Assembly: GCF_006345805.1 (NCBI RefSeq)
Contig: NC_043008.1
Coordinates: 75,082,001 to 75,146,000, forward strand
Length of the DNA: 64,000 nt
DNA from: Octopus sinensis
Lineage: Eukaryota
Direction: 5' to 3'
The notes beneath the pieces were generated by a model. It had not been told where the DNA came from. It saw only the letters and a program-made list of their open reading frames with translations, and made no database searches. The position numbers and the translations under genes are program-made. The first letter of the stretch is position 1; every line of letters begins with the position of its first letter. This document shows, piece after piece, positions 38,161 to 50,741 of this stretch.

Positions 38161-39859
38161 AAATATATATGAGCATGTCCAGATATGGAACTATATGCAT
38201 GAAAATACATACATAAAGCATACAAATCTGCACATACATACATGCATACATACATGCATGCATACATACATAATACATACATATATACATACGTACGTAC
38301 ATACAACGAAAAATACTTTGTTGTTGATGTTGAAATTCCAATGAAGGAGCTTTGGATCTAGATTTGAAACCGTTTCTTTCTCTATTGACAAGAAATCTTG
38401 AAATAAACTGAATAATGACATACACACATACATACATGCATACATACATACATAATACATACATACATACATACATACATACATACATACATACATACAT
38501 ACATACATACATACATAAATACATATACTACCCACATATGCATGTATTTATACAAGTTTCTGTGGTTCTATGTAAGGTAGAAAATATTTTTGTACATTAT
38601 TAACTAAAGAAATCTACTTCTTAATGTTTAGGTGTAGATTTCTGAGTTTTCATTTAGAAATTCATTATTTGAGGATAATCTTAAAATACTTAAGTATATA
38701 TTTTAAAGTTGTTAATAATGTTTTCCAAGTAAGTTCCTGTTGTCAAATTTTTTCAGATACCTCTTCGAATGCAGGTCTTTTTAATACCTTTTTTTTTCTT
38801 ATACTAATAACGTTCCTTTAGATGTTGACTGAGAATAGTTGGCAATTGAGGGCCGCTTTATTGGTCGTATCACCATATCACTTACTGATCGTGACCAATC
38901 CTGAACTTGTCCCAAAATGCAGATTGACGAGTTTGTGGGTATCGTTAAAAAAATTGTGTGACATTTCCTATTATTAAAATTTCACCTTAGTTACTCGGGC
39001 TACTCGAGGTGGCAGATATATTTCCTCTGCACCCGTGATAGCTGGTGGTGAGTACTGGCAGTACTGGTTCACCTTTCATGGTAATGTGAAACGTCATAGT
39101 GGCAGCCGTGAACCATATCTTCCTTCGAAACCAAACCCCACTGGACAAATGCTTTTTCTGATAACATAGTTTCCTTGAAAATGATTTCAATGAATTGGAA
39201 CAAATGCGAAATGAAACGAACATTGACATCAGAAGACTAAATATAAATATGAAGAAAACATAAATCATTTTCAACAATCATGCTACAATGAATTCGTCAT
39301 AGTCAACCATCTTACTATATTAATAACTTAGGGTGTGTGATCAAAACACTATATCAGCAATAAGATTTGAAACAAACAGAAGAGATGACAAAAGCAAAAG
39401 AACAAACAAACATATGTTTGTGAAGATAGATGCGAAAAATCAATAAAAAGGATAGAAAAACCTTACATTGGAAAAGAGAATAAACAAAATTAAGAGATAT
39501 TAGGAGAAAAATGTCTGTAAACTCTTATGTTAAACTTCAGGTTATACTTAGAGTTTCGGAGGAGTTTATATTTTACCAGTCATTGTTTATTTGTATTTAT
39601 ATGGTTGCTTTTAAGTCTATATACTTTCAAATGTACTATTATGACCCTGTATAATACACACTCGCACACATACATATATACATACACGCGCACACATACA
39701 CATAGATATGTATATATCTGTTTGATAAAGAGATTTTTAAATCGAAGCATCATTTTATGTGAGTGATGATTTGAAAATCAGAAATGACAAAAACGAAAAA
39801 AAAAGACCCCAAAAAACCCAGCAGCAACAACAAAAACAACAATAATAATGATAATGATT

Positions 39860-40040
39860 TCAGATTTTGGCACAACGCGAGTTATTTTGAGGAAGGGGAT
39901 AAGTCGATTACATCGACCCCCAGTGTTCAAATGATTCTTATTCTATCAAACCCGAAAGATGAAAGGCAAAGTCGACCTCGGCGGCTTATGAACTCAGAAC
40001 ATAACGACGGGCGAAATGACGCAAAGCATTTTGCTCCATG
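39860..40040 (-). mobile_element. SINE (same family as 30955-31440)
   Basis: GATAAGTCGATTACATCGACCCC...GAAAGGCAAAGTCGACCTCGG motif. Confidence 0.7.
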
Positions 40041-40042
40041 TG

Positions 40043-40499
<457 letters not shown>

Positions 40500-40502
<3 letters not shown>

Positions 40503-40735
40503 CTTGTAAAGGAATTTGAGAAATTAAATAAATATAAGGACTTGGAAATTGAAATACAGATGTTGCATTTTAAAGCAAGAACTGTTCTTGTTAGAGTAAG
40601 TACCTCAGGTATGATAGAAACGGTATGTCATAAACATCTAGACAACATACCATGAGAACCATGTCTCAGAGATATCCAAATGATTGTGCTGACAAATACT
40701 GTCCACGTCCTTCGAAAATCCCTATCAACTTAAAT
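40500..40735 (+). mobile_element. R4/Dong LINE extreme 3' fragment
   Basis: EKLNKYKDLEIEI...IQMIVLTNTVHVLRKSLS. Confidence 0.7.
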
Positions 40736-40899
40736 GTCTGTGTTGTATTACATGGAGATATTTGGCTACTGTCCTTGCCACCTCGTCTCACCAAGCTTTC
40801 AGTCATACTCTTATCCTGATTACTCTCATCCTTCACTCCCCCTAGGACGCTGGGTGTGCCTCGGCGAGTGATTGTGACAAACATGCAAATTAAAAGTAA

Positions 40900-40950
<51 letters not shown>

Positions 40951-40996
40951 TAATAATAATAATAATAATAATATAATAATAATAAGCACAGAAATA

Positions 40997-42050
40997 ATAA
41001 CAAGCACAGAAAAAGCTAGGCGCATGAAAACCCGTGCCAAAACTGCGGCCTTAGATATTCTGAATAATAAATGGCAAGAAAAACCTCTCTATGGCAAATA
41101 CCCAAAGAGAGCGAATAATGCAGATATCGACAAAGCCCTGACCCATCAATGGCTAATGGCCTCTGGCTTAAAATCTGAAACAGAGGGGTTTATCATAGCA
41201 GCTCAAGATCAATGCCTACCAACAAGAAACTACCAGGCCAACATATTAAAGATCAGAAGCAGTCCAACGTGTCGTGTATGCAAGCAACAAAATGAAACCA
41301 TTGACCATGTGGTCTCCAAGTGCAGTCTTCTAGCGCCTACAGAGTATCTCAACAGGCACGATAGAGCTGCACAATATATTCACTGGTAATCTGTAAAACC
41401 TGGATTTGCCCCATGAAAAAAACTGGTGGGAACACAAACCACCCCCAGTGCTTGAAAATGACCACATCTCACTCCTCTGGAACTTCACCATTCAAACTGA
41501 CAGGAAGATAGATGCAAATAGGCCAGACATCATATTGAAAGACTTCAAACAAAGAACATGCCTCCTCATTGATATGACTGTCCCAATCGATATAAACGTA
41601 TCTGTCAGGACCTACCAAAAACTGAGCAAATATAAAGATCTTGAAATAGAAATCAGCAAAATGTGGAAGCTGAAGACTAAAACAATACCTGTTGTCATAG
41701 GTGCCCTGGGAATGATAGCAAAAGGGGCTGATAGCTACCTAACTCAGATACCAGGAAACCCAAAAATGGCAGAAGTTCAAAAGATAGTGCTCATGGGAAC
41801 TGCTCATATCCTACGCAAAATACTCTCTATGTAACCTCAAGGTTTAAAACAACCATAATTTTCGGTTTAAAAAAAAAAAAAAAAAAACTTTTTTTTTTTA
41901 GACATTCATTAGTACAACATCCCCACCCCCCAAATATATGGCACACTAGGCATAACAACAACATGAACTTCCAACCCTGTTGTCTCTTGAGGTCTCTGGG
42001 TGAGACTTGGAGCCAACTTGTACAAATATAAAGCAAAAGTCAAACATAGA
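40997..42050 (+). mobile_element. R4/Dong LINE, 5'-truncated, best-preserved endonuclease domain plus 3' UTR
   Basis: CRVCKQQNETIDHVVSKC...RHD knuckle and RPDII...LIDMTVP...KLSKYKDL. Flanked by (TAA)n on both sides. Confidence 0.9.
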
Positions 42051-42065
42051 ATAATAATAATAATA

Positions 42066-43720
42066 GTAAGTTTGACACGACTATCAAACCAACAAAAACC
42101 GAAAATCAAAGAAAAAGTATATGAAAATCATATTTGACATCGATACCACCATAGAAACTATCAAGCAAAAAGTATGTGCAAAAGCTAGCCGTATAGCAAG
42201 GTATGAATAAGCACGTTAGATTCTTTAAGGACGACAACATATTCAAAAATAAGCCCAACATTTTTTACAGGAAGATAGGGATAATACCAGTTACAGTAAA
42301 GTTTGTCCCACCAAAAGAAGTGCAGGAATTTTGGAATAAAATTTGAGCAAAAGAGAAAACACACAATGAAAAGGCCCCTTGGATTAATAGAGTATCTGCA
42401 GACTTAAACTCTTCAGAGTAGCAAAAGTAGGAGGGTATCAAGGTAGAGGATGTAAGATCTACTCTCAGGAGGTCAAGCAAATGGGAGTCTCTTGGAAATA
42501 AAATTCCTAATTTCTGGTTGAATCCCTTCCCAGAGAGACATGAACTGCTAACAAAACTTTACTACGATGTTTTGCAACAACCTAGTATGATTCCCTCTTG
42601 GATTGTTAATGGTGTAACATTCTTATTTTGAAAAAGTGAAGAAACAAATGAAACAAAATAATTTAGACCCGTAACTTGCTTAACAACAATGTATAAAGTA
42701 CTAACAGCTGCTTTGACTGAATATACCTTTTTTTTTTTATAGAAAGTGGCATATTCCCTAATGGGCAAAAAGGATGTAAATTTCATGTGGCATTTTCCAG
42801 GGTGACACTCTATCAACACTCCTCTTTTGTCTAGCCTTAATACCTCTCTCGAAAAAGCTCGATGATACGGTTATAAAATGTTTGATAAAAATATAAATCA
42901 TCTCATTTACATCGATGATTTAAAGCTCTTTGCAAAAAATGACCAACAACTACAGGGTTTACTAGCGATTGTTAAACAATTCTGTTATGACATCAGGATG
43001 CAATTTGGCCTCAATAAATGTGCAAAAGCTACCTTTATGCAAGGGGAAATGAGAGAAACATCCGACGTTAATCTTGACCAGCAGAATGTCATTAAGGAGT
43101 TAGCACCAGAGAAGATGTACAAATACCTAGGTGTATTTGAAGGTGATGGAATCAAATATTCAGTGATGAGGGAAAGGATCAAAAGAGAACGTTATCGCAG
43201 GGCAAGGGCGATACTCAAGACAGAGATGAATGCAACAAACTGCATCGAAGCGATTAATACTTTAACCATACAAGTCGTAACTTACAGTTTCAATATAATT
43301 AACTGATCAATTACTGAAAAATGTAATCTTGGCAGATAAATACGAAAATTGTTGACAATGCATAGAATGCACCACCCTAGGGCAGAGCAGATACAGAACG
43401 ACTTTACCTACGAAGAAAAGAGGGTGGCAGTGGACTTTTGCATCTGGAATTAACAATGAAAATTGCTACAATTGGCCTAGACACCTACTTGGAAAACTCT
43501 GATGACTGGATGTTAAAACTTGTCTTACGGCATGAAAACACGAAAGCACCATACTCAGTAACGAAACAGGCAAAGGAATATCTAAGTGAATTCCAAATAC
43601 AACAAATTCCTGAATTAGACGTACTCGAAACAAGCACAGAAAAAGTTATGTGTATGAAAACCCGTGCTAAAACTGCTGCCTTAGATATTCTTACTGATAA
43701 ATGGCAAGAAAAACCTCTCA
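42066..43720 (+). mobile_element. R4/Dong LINE RT region, degenerate
   Basis: NFRPVTCLTTMYKVLT, FQGDTLS, HLIYIDDLKLFAK, MQFGLNKC and MYKYLGV. Confidence 0.85.
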
Positions 43721-43829
43721 TGTCATGAAGCTTAGTAAGAAATTTAAAAAGTCTCTTGCCCTACAAGTTAACAATAAGAATGACCAGAGTCAACCAAATA
43801 CTGACAGATCTACCATTCCTTCTCCTGAT

Positions 43830-44650
43830 TTAGAAATTAACAATCAGAAAGACCAACGAGATATTGATCAAAAGCTAACATACCAATGGCTACAGGGGAC
43901 AGGTTTGAAAGGGGAAACAGAAGGTTCTGCTATTGCAGCGCAAAATCAGAGCTTACCTACCAGAAACTGTTATGGAAATGTCCTTAACGATGGATCTGAC
44001 CTCTCGTGCAGAATTTGCAAAAATTTCAGAGACAATTGATCATGTTGTTTCTGGCTGCCCAGTCCTCACTGAAAAGGAGTACCTCATTAGACATGACAGA
44101 CTATGGCAGAACATCCACTGGAATGCAGGTAAATACTACAAAATTAAATCCCATGATTACTTGTAAGGCCCCATCCAGAAGATGTAGTAAAAGGTGAGGG
44201 CGTCACCATCCTTTGGAACTTCTCAATACAAACAGACAGAAAAATTGACTCCAATCGACCAGACATTGTGATCAAGGGCGGGAACAGTCCCAAAAGTTTA
44301 AAATGCCCCCAAAAAAGAATACGAAAAGCTTTCTCACTATAAAGACCTGCAAATTGAAATCACAAAAACGTGGAAGCTTAGTACTACGATAACACCAGTA
44401 GTAATAGGTGCGTTGGGAATGATAAAGAAGGGAGCTGAGATGCATATTATGCAACAGCCTGGTAACTCCAATCTCCGTGAATTACAAAAGATAACCTTGA
44501 TAGGTACAACCCTTATCCTAAGGAAAGCACTCTCCATGGAATAAATGCGGTGATAATTTTTGTATGCATAATCAAAAAAAGTGCCCTTGCTACTCTTGGC
44601 CTCCGGAGGATGCCCGGTACTATGACAGCTGAAATAAAGTTATAATGAAA
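43830..44650 (+). mobile_element. R4/Dong LINE 3' fragment, second subfamily
   Basis: GLKGETEG...CRICK...ETIDHVVSGC...RHD, RPDIVI and ITLIGTTLILRKALS, then (TAA)n at about 44655-44724. Confidence 0.85.
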
Positions 44651-44660
44651 AGAAACCATA

Positions 44661-44759
<99 letters not shown>

Positions 44760-44789
44760 TATTGGTAGTAGTAGTAGTACCAATAATTA

Positions 44790-45000
44790 TCGGATCCCTG
44801 GGAAAAGTGAGCAAAAATCTCGAGAAGTACGTGGAACAAATAGGAGCTGCAATAAGGATGGAGCACTTGCAGAAAATAGCACTGCTTGGAAGTGCTCGAA
44901 TATTCCGGAAGGTGCTCGAAAAATAAGAGGTGCTACCTTAGATCACTGGTAGTGAACAGCTGACACTGTAGTACACCTCCAGTGTTAGAAGCTGTGCAAA
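44790..45000 (+). mobile_element. R4/Dong LINE extreme 3' fragment
   Basis: IIGSLGKVSKNLEKY...LQKIALLGSARIFRKVL*, followed by (CAA)n(TAA)n. Confidence 0.75.
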
Positions 45001-45069
45001 GGCAACAACAACAACAACAAAAACAACAACAACAACAACAACAATAATAATAATAATAATAATAATAAG

Positions 45070-46810
45070 GGTGTCGATAATTCACCCTCCTCAACAAGAA
45101 AGGTAATGTGGAAACTAATGTCAGGGGCTTTGGCAGGTGAACTGTATAGATATTTAGAAAAAAGTGGGCGGATACCTACTGAACAGAAAGGGTGCCGATA
45201 GAGGAGCAGCGGAAAGAAGAATCAGCTCTTAATCCATAATCTAATGATCAGAAACTGTAAGAGAAGATACACAAACCTGAGGATGGCGTGGGTTGACTAT
45301 CGAAAAGCATACGATATGATACCACGCTCCCGAATAAGAACAATGGAAATGTATGGAGTAGCAGAAACTGTGAGAAGTCTTATATGGAACAGTATGAAAT
45401 GGTGGAGAACGGATTGGCAGCAGGGAATCAAGTATTAGGAGAGGTGAAAATCAAGAGAGGAATCTTACGGATGAGGGAGGTTAGTGACCCCCTCCACAGA
45501 TCTTTGTGTAGGGAATGATACCCTTGAGTGAAATACTGTAGAAAACAAAGTTGGGTATGATCTGCGAAAAGGTAAGGGAAAACTGAACCCCTGCAATTCA
45601 TGGATGACATGAAGCTATTCACAAAATCTGAGGCAGACCTCGACAACCTTTTCCAGTCTGTGCGGATTTTCTCCACTGATGTTAAGATGGAGATTGGGCT
45701 CTCAAAAGGTGCTACGGTGGTGATAAGACGAGGAAAGCTTGTCAGGACAGAAGGCATAGGTTTGCCAAGAGGTGAAATGATGGCAATTCAACCTCAGTCA
45801 AGCTATAAATATCTGGGAATACTTGAGGCAGATGGAATTAAACACCACGTCATGAGGGAAAAGACAAAAAGAGAGTACCTACAGCGACTGAAAAAAATAT
45901 TAGCTTCAAAGCTGAATGTCAGAAACATAGTTTCAGCAATAAACTCGCGCGCAGTCGCAGTAGATCGGTATGGCAACAAGGCACTACACAATTATTTCGA
46001 TGTAGCCACAACAGACGTTGCTGGGAAAAATAGGTGCGATTCGTTGTAGAAAGGAACACTAAAAAAGGAAACTGAAAGCACTATACTGGCCATGAACTTG
46101 AGGGTCAACCTTAGAAATGAGCAAGTGCCTCCGCTGTGCCGCATCTGTAATAGAGTGGATGAAACCATTGCCCATATCACAAACTAATGCCCTAGACTTG
46201 CTCAAAACCACTATAAGTTGTGGCAACATGATCAGGTGGTGAAAATGCTACACTGGAAACTATGTGAAAAGTGAGGGCTAGAGGGAAGAAAGACGTGGTA
46301 TTAAAACAAACAGCAGAGAATGGCGGAGTCGGAGACAGATAAAACCCTCAGGGATTTCCCAATCCAAACAGACCAAGTGCTAGAGCATAACAGACCGGAC
46401 CTAGTGGTAGTCAACAGATGCATCATATGCGCTATATAGTTGATGTTGCATCCCCCTTTGACCCACGAATATTCAAGAAAGAAGACGAAAAAATAGATGA
46501 ATGCAACCCTCTTACGTACGAAATAGCCCGGCTATGGAAAATTAAGGTGAAGCTAGTACCAATTATTGGTGGTTCCTTAGGGACAGTATCAGAAAGCGTC
46601 AAGAGGAATATAAAGGAAATTGGAATACAGTGCATAGCAGAACTGTTACAAAAGGTTTGCCTCCTTGGCACGGCCAGAAAAATTAGGAAAGTTTTAGATA
46701 GTTGAAAAGAACGGATAGTATGGTACCGTGGGCTGCAGGTAGCAAGCCCGCTACGCATGCAAAACTCCATGAGTTCTAACAAAACCTGTGATAAAATGAA
46801 AAATAAAAAA
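45070..46810 (+). mobile_element. R4/Dong LINE RT plus endonuclease, third subfamily, with deletions
   Basis: EQKGC, AWVDYRKAYDMIP, FMDDMKLF, YKYLGILE, CRIC...ETIAHI and LQKVCLLGTARKIRKVL, then (TAA)n. Confidence 0.85.
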
Positions 46811-46811
46811 T

Positions 46812-46853
<42 letters not shown>

Positions 46854-47132
46854 TATGAACAAATCGTAGAAGTTATACCTGGATCCTCAACACACACTAC
46901 CAAAAAAATACCCCTGTTAGGAACAACCTACATCCTATGAAAGACTATCAATTCAATAATACAGCCTAAACATAATTATCCATAAACACAAGACACACTA
47001 TACGGCAATTACCCACATCTTTCAAACCACCTATCTTTATATATATATATAATAATAAATATTAGGGAATGAATCCAAAATTACAGGGAAAAATCAGATT
47101 TAGGGTTAAATCCAATTTTATAGTAAAATATT

Positions 47133-47296
47133 ATATAATATAATTCGAGACAAAACCACTATTTTAAAACCAAACAAGGAAAGACTTAATCAATACATAA
47201 AATTTTAATATTTAGTTTATTTAATTTATATTAAAATTTTATGTATTGATTAAGTCTTTCCTTGTTTGGTTTTAAAATAGTGGTTTTGTCTCGAAT

Positions 47297-47306
<10 letters not shown>
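47133..47306. repeat. 174-bp palindrome with 79-bp perfect arms and a 16-nt loop
   Basis: ATATAATATAATTCGAGACAAAACC...AAAATTTTAATAT and its exact reverse complement. Confidence 0.95.
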
Positions 47307-47370
<64 letters not shown>

Positions 47371-48035
47371 TAACAATTTAATAAATAAAACATATGCATA
47401 CATACATACATATATGTACAAACCTACATCTATATGTATATATACATGCATATATGAGTACAGGGTACCACAAATAAACATAGAACACAGCGAGAAACGA
47501 AAACATAGAAACAAAACAAGGAAACGGACTTTTTTTAACAACGAAAAAAAAAACAGACAAACAACAGAGGGAACATTCCCCTTCTTCAGCTGCCCCTATT
47601 TTGACTCATTGCGTGTTTCGAATGTGGTTTGCAAGATGTGCTGGGAAGTGAAATTAGGTGGCCTCTTGTATTCGCCCTCATATAACCCTATGGAATGTTT
47701 TTCAACTTTTTACATGAATATATTGGGATTGCAAATATATTCGCATGAGTTCATTGGTATCGTCTTGAGTGCATTCTACTATTAAAAGAAATTATCCAAT
47801 CATTAATGTATTGTTGATAACTCATTCTTATTTCATTACTTACACACAAACACATACGAGGACGGGTACGTACACAATGACGAATTGACTTGCAAAAGGT
47901 TATCTTACTTTTGTTGATATCAATGGTTTTGGAAGTCTTTGACAATGTGCACCTTCGTGCAGATAAACTCGGTTATATATATATAAACACACACACATAT
48001 ACATGTATAAATTGTATAAATATGTATACATACAT

Positions 48036-48096
<61 letters not shown>

Positions 48097-48144
48097 GAGA
48101 GAGAGAGAGAAAGAGAGAGAATATCGGATGTTGCATGCCTATGT

Positions 48145-48372
48145 CTTTACAACCCACAAGGGGCTAAATACAGAGGAGACAAACAAGGTCAGACAAACAG
48201 AGTAAGTCGATTATATCGACCCCAGTGCGTAACTGGTACTTAATTTATTGACCCCGAAAGGATGAAAGGCAAAGTTGACCTCGGCGGAATTTGAACTCAC
48301 AACGTAACGGCAGACGTAATACCGCTAAGCATTTCGCCCGACGTGCTAACGTTTCTGCCAGCTTTCCGCCTT
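48145..48372 (-). mobile_element. SINE (same family as 31110-31345)
   Basis: Near-identical to the intron-5 copy: CCCACAAGGGGCTAAATACAGAG...CATTTCGCCCG. Confidence 0.8.
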
Positions 48373-48692
48373 AAATGTTGCATACCGTCGGTTAAATTGC
48401 TATGTTAACTTTCGATTGCTACCGACTGGCTGGCTAGGTGAGCAGGACAACATTCCTCCTAAACGTCGCAACGTGAGTGAAGTGGAGCAACGTGAAATGA
48501 AACGCTTTGCTTAAGAATTCAAGCATTGCTGGTTTGGAATTGAAACGCCGATCTCACGACCGTGAGTGTAATATCAAAACCTTTAACCACTACGACATGC
48601 ACCTTCATGCATGCACACGCACATGCGCGCACACACATATTTATGTATTATATATCATATACATGCACATATGTATGTAACTTCATTTAAGA

Positions 48693-48742
<50 letters not shown>

Positions 48743-48744
48743 TT

Positions 48745-49365
48745 AGGCGCAGGCGTGGCTGTGTTGTAAAAAGCTTGCCTCCCAACCACATGGTTTCGAG
48801 TTTCGTCCCACTGCGTGGTCCCTTGGGCAAGTGTCTTTTGCTATAGCCTCAGGCCGACCAAAGCCTAGTGAGTGGATTTGGTAGCCGGAATATGAAAGAA
48901 ACCCGTTGTATATATATAACCACATATACACACACATACACGTTAGCCCCACACATATACACACGTCCATATGCATTCTCACACATATACACAAGTCCAT
49001 ACGCACATTAACACACACTCGCCCGCACATGCGTACTCACTCACACCCATTCACACATACACACTCACACACAACATTCTCACATACACACGCGCGTGCT
49101 TGCGCATCTTAGTTCGTTGGGAGTCACTGTTACTGTTATTATCATTATTATTTCCCTTTTCATTCAGCTTCTTTTTTTTTCCCGTCATCTCGCCATGTTG
49201 GACCGTTGAACTCTGCACATTTTTTCTCGCTTCGCTTTTTTCGATACTATCGCCATTTTTTCTTCTTGATCCATTCTGTCGAACAGTTTAGGCTTGAAAC
49301 GTAAAAAAGACATTTCCATTTTCCCGAGCGTCAAACTAATGCACCTGTTTTTCATAAATTTGAAC

Positions 49366-49412
<47 letters not shown>

Positions 49413-49630
49413 TTTCATGTGTGTGTCTGTGTTTGTCCCCCGCCATCGTTTGACAACCGATGCTGATGCATTTAGGTCCCTGTAACTTAGCGGTTCAGCA
49501 AAAAGACCGATACAATAATTACTAGGCATATGAAGAATAAGTCCTAGAGTCGATTTCTTCGAAGAAAACCTTTTAAGTCGGTGCTCCAGCATGGTGGTAG
49601 TCAAATGACTGAAACAAATAAAAGATTAAA
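48745..49630 (+). mobile_element. Bipartite SINE with its centre expanded by microsatellite and a nested repeat
   Basis: Head and core at 48745-48910, tail GGTGCTCCAGCATGG...TGACTGAAACAAATAAAAG at 49410-49630. Confidence 0.7.
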
Positions 49631-49766
49631 AGAATATGCACATACATTCATGTACAGTCGATATCTCCGTGTGCGGCTTATCTGTTGGGTCATTGTATTT
49701 ATGTTAGTCATACGTAACATCTGTCATTCGATTTGGTCGTGTGCTACGAAACAATATCATACTTAC

Positions 49767-49898
49767 TGGAACTGACTCCCCAGCCTGCAATGATACAGTT
49801 GTTTGATATATTTTCTCCTTTCTCGGGAATGCCTAAAGGCTTGATACAGTGACCGTCACTGATAGAAGAAGGTAGGTTTATAATTGCTATATCATTCT
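49767..49898 (-). CDS. S1A serine protease coding exon 4: (E)NDIAIINLPSSISDGHCIKPLGIPEKGENISNNCIIAGWGVSS
   Basis: Acceptor TTTTTTCGTTACAG (phase 1), donor A|GTAAGT (phase 1), catalytic Asp motif NDIAII and the GWG motif. Confidence 0.95.
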
Positions 49899-50103
49899 CT
49901 GTAACGAAAAAAGAAGAGAGGAGGTAGAATGGCATATGCACATACAGAATACAGTACAATAAGAACTTTTAGTCTAATGAATCGAGCCTAGTACTTACTT
50001 ATTTTAAGACTAGTACATATTCTATCAGTAACTTCGTGGTGGGGAACACACACGCATCTCTCTCTCACTCTATGTATATATATATATATATATATAATAT
50101 ATA

Positions 50104-50203
<100 letters not shown>

Positions 50204-50234
50204 GTATATATATATATGTATATATATATATATG

Positions 50235-50352
<118 letters not shown>

Positions 50353-50705
50353 CAATAAAGATTCAAGTTAATTTAAATGAATTTACTTGAATATGGTACC
50401 TAACTTAGATGCACCAAAAAAAACCATACTGTTTTAACAATACAGTAATGTGGGGTGATTATAAGCGAGAAAGAAGCAACAAGAATGGATAGGTTTTTAG
50501 TACAATCGTTTCATACAAGGACAGGCTTTATTAAAAGTTGCAAAAATTACAGCATATAAACGTGTCCCGTACTCATCAGCTAAAATACATGTGAGTTCTC
50601 TAGACATCCTAGTGGTTGAGGCTATACTCATGAAGTAATGTAGATAATTAAGTAACATAAACAGATTTCCAAAGTTCATTAAAGTTCTTTAAAGATGATG
50701 TACAT

Positions 50706-50741
<36 letters not shown>

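Noticed and set aside
38886-38967. AG/GT-bounded minus-strand segment KCHTIFLTIPTNSSICILGQVQDWSRS resembling protease exon 5
   Set aside because: It needs a phase-2 entry, but exon 4 ends in phase 1. It lacks Cys191, and the exon at 32626-32768 fits far better. At most it is a chance match or a relic.
47560-47640. CUGAAGA plus a GGGAA/UUCCC hairpin on the minus strand
   Set aside because: No GAAA follows helix II, so the motif order does not make a hammerhead.
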